Source: the human T2T-CHM13v2.0 reference genome, Homo sapiens. Taken from it: a DNA stretch of 64,000 nt. The stretch's first letter is position 1, and every line of letters begins with the position of its first letter. Positions 63,663-64,000 of the stretch are shown piece after piece. The notes under the pieces are model-generated. The model saw nothing but the letters and a program-made list of their open reading frames with translations. It had not been told where the DNA came from and did not search any database. Made by a program: the position numbers and the translations under genes. The stretch lies in assembly GCF_009914755.1 (NCBI RefSeq), contig NC_060933.1. One strand, 5' to 3'.

Positions 63663-64000
63663 TAGATGGAAACTCACCTGATAGAAAGGATGGGAATATT
63701 AGTCTTACAGTTTTCTTTCCCTTCCCACTAAGTGGCTAGGCAGAAATTCAGGGACCTCTCCAGTGGAGAAGGCTGGGACTTAATTGTTTGAAGTCAATTT
63801 GATAATAATAATAATAAAAAGAGATTAAGAAAATGACTGTCTTTCTTCAGATCCCAGGCAGTGCAGGAGGGACTGTTTTCTGGATTTTTCTGTGATTGAG
63901 AAATGTTAAGAATGGAGATGTAATAATGTGCTTCTCAGAGAATTAGTCCTCCACTAGCAACACTGGCATCACAGGAAGCTTATTCAAAATGCAAAATTTC

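Overview
Human or closely related primate genomic DNA, roughly two-thirds interspersed repeat, with no supportable protein-coding gene. Almost every ORF in the supplied track derives from Alu, L1, Tigger1 or LTR sequence. Solid content: (1) a processed HMGN2 pseudogene (~4870-6368) sitting directly behind the A-tail of an internally deleted L1 and interrupted by two Alu monomers; (2) about 27 Alus, including a young AluYd/Yc3-type copy with the diagnostic 12-bp deletion; (3) a near full-length dead L1MA-type element (38495-44460) and many L1 fragments; (4) a large Tigger1 fossil plus MER2, MER47A, MER5, MER33 and MER103-like DNA elements; (5) solo LTRs (THE1, MST, MLT1, MLT2A, MER67-like); (6) a small orphan CpG-rich island at ~28.4-28.9 kb. 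I found no evidence for a new biological system such as an array, a novel enzyme or an RNA gene. The best leads are inferences. They are a possible divergent pair of spliced lncRNAs around the CpG island and the THE1 LTR, two solo LTRs with DUX4-type motifs and splice donors, a possible L1-HMGN2 co-integration, and several small repair or retrotransposition scars (a 22-nt TPRT micro-insertion, a fold-back hairpin beside a 14-nt Alu stub, and a templated mosaic). Repeat subfamily names come from recalled consensus sequences and need Dfam/RepeatMasker confirmation. The chromosomal locus was not identified.
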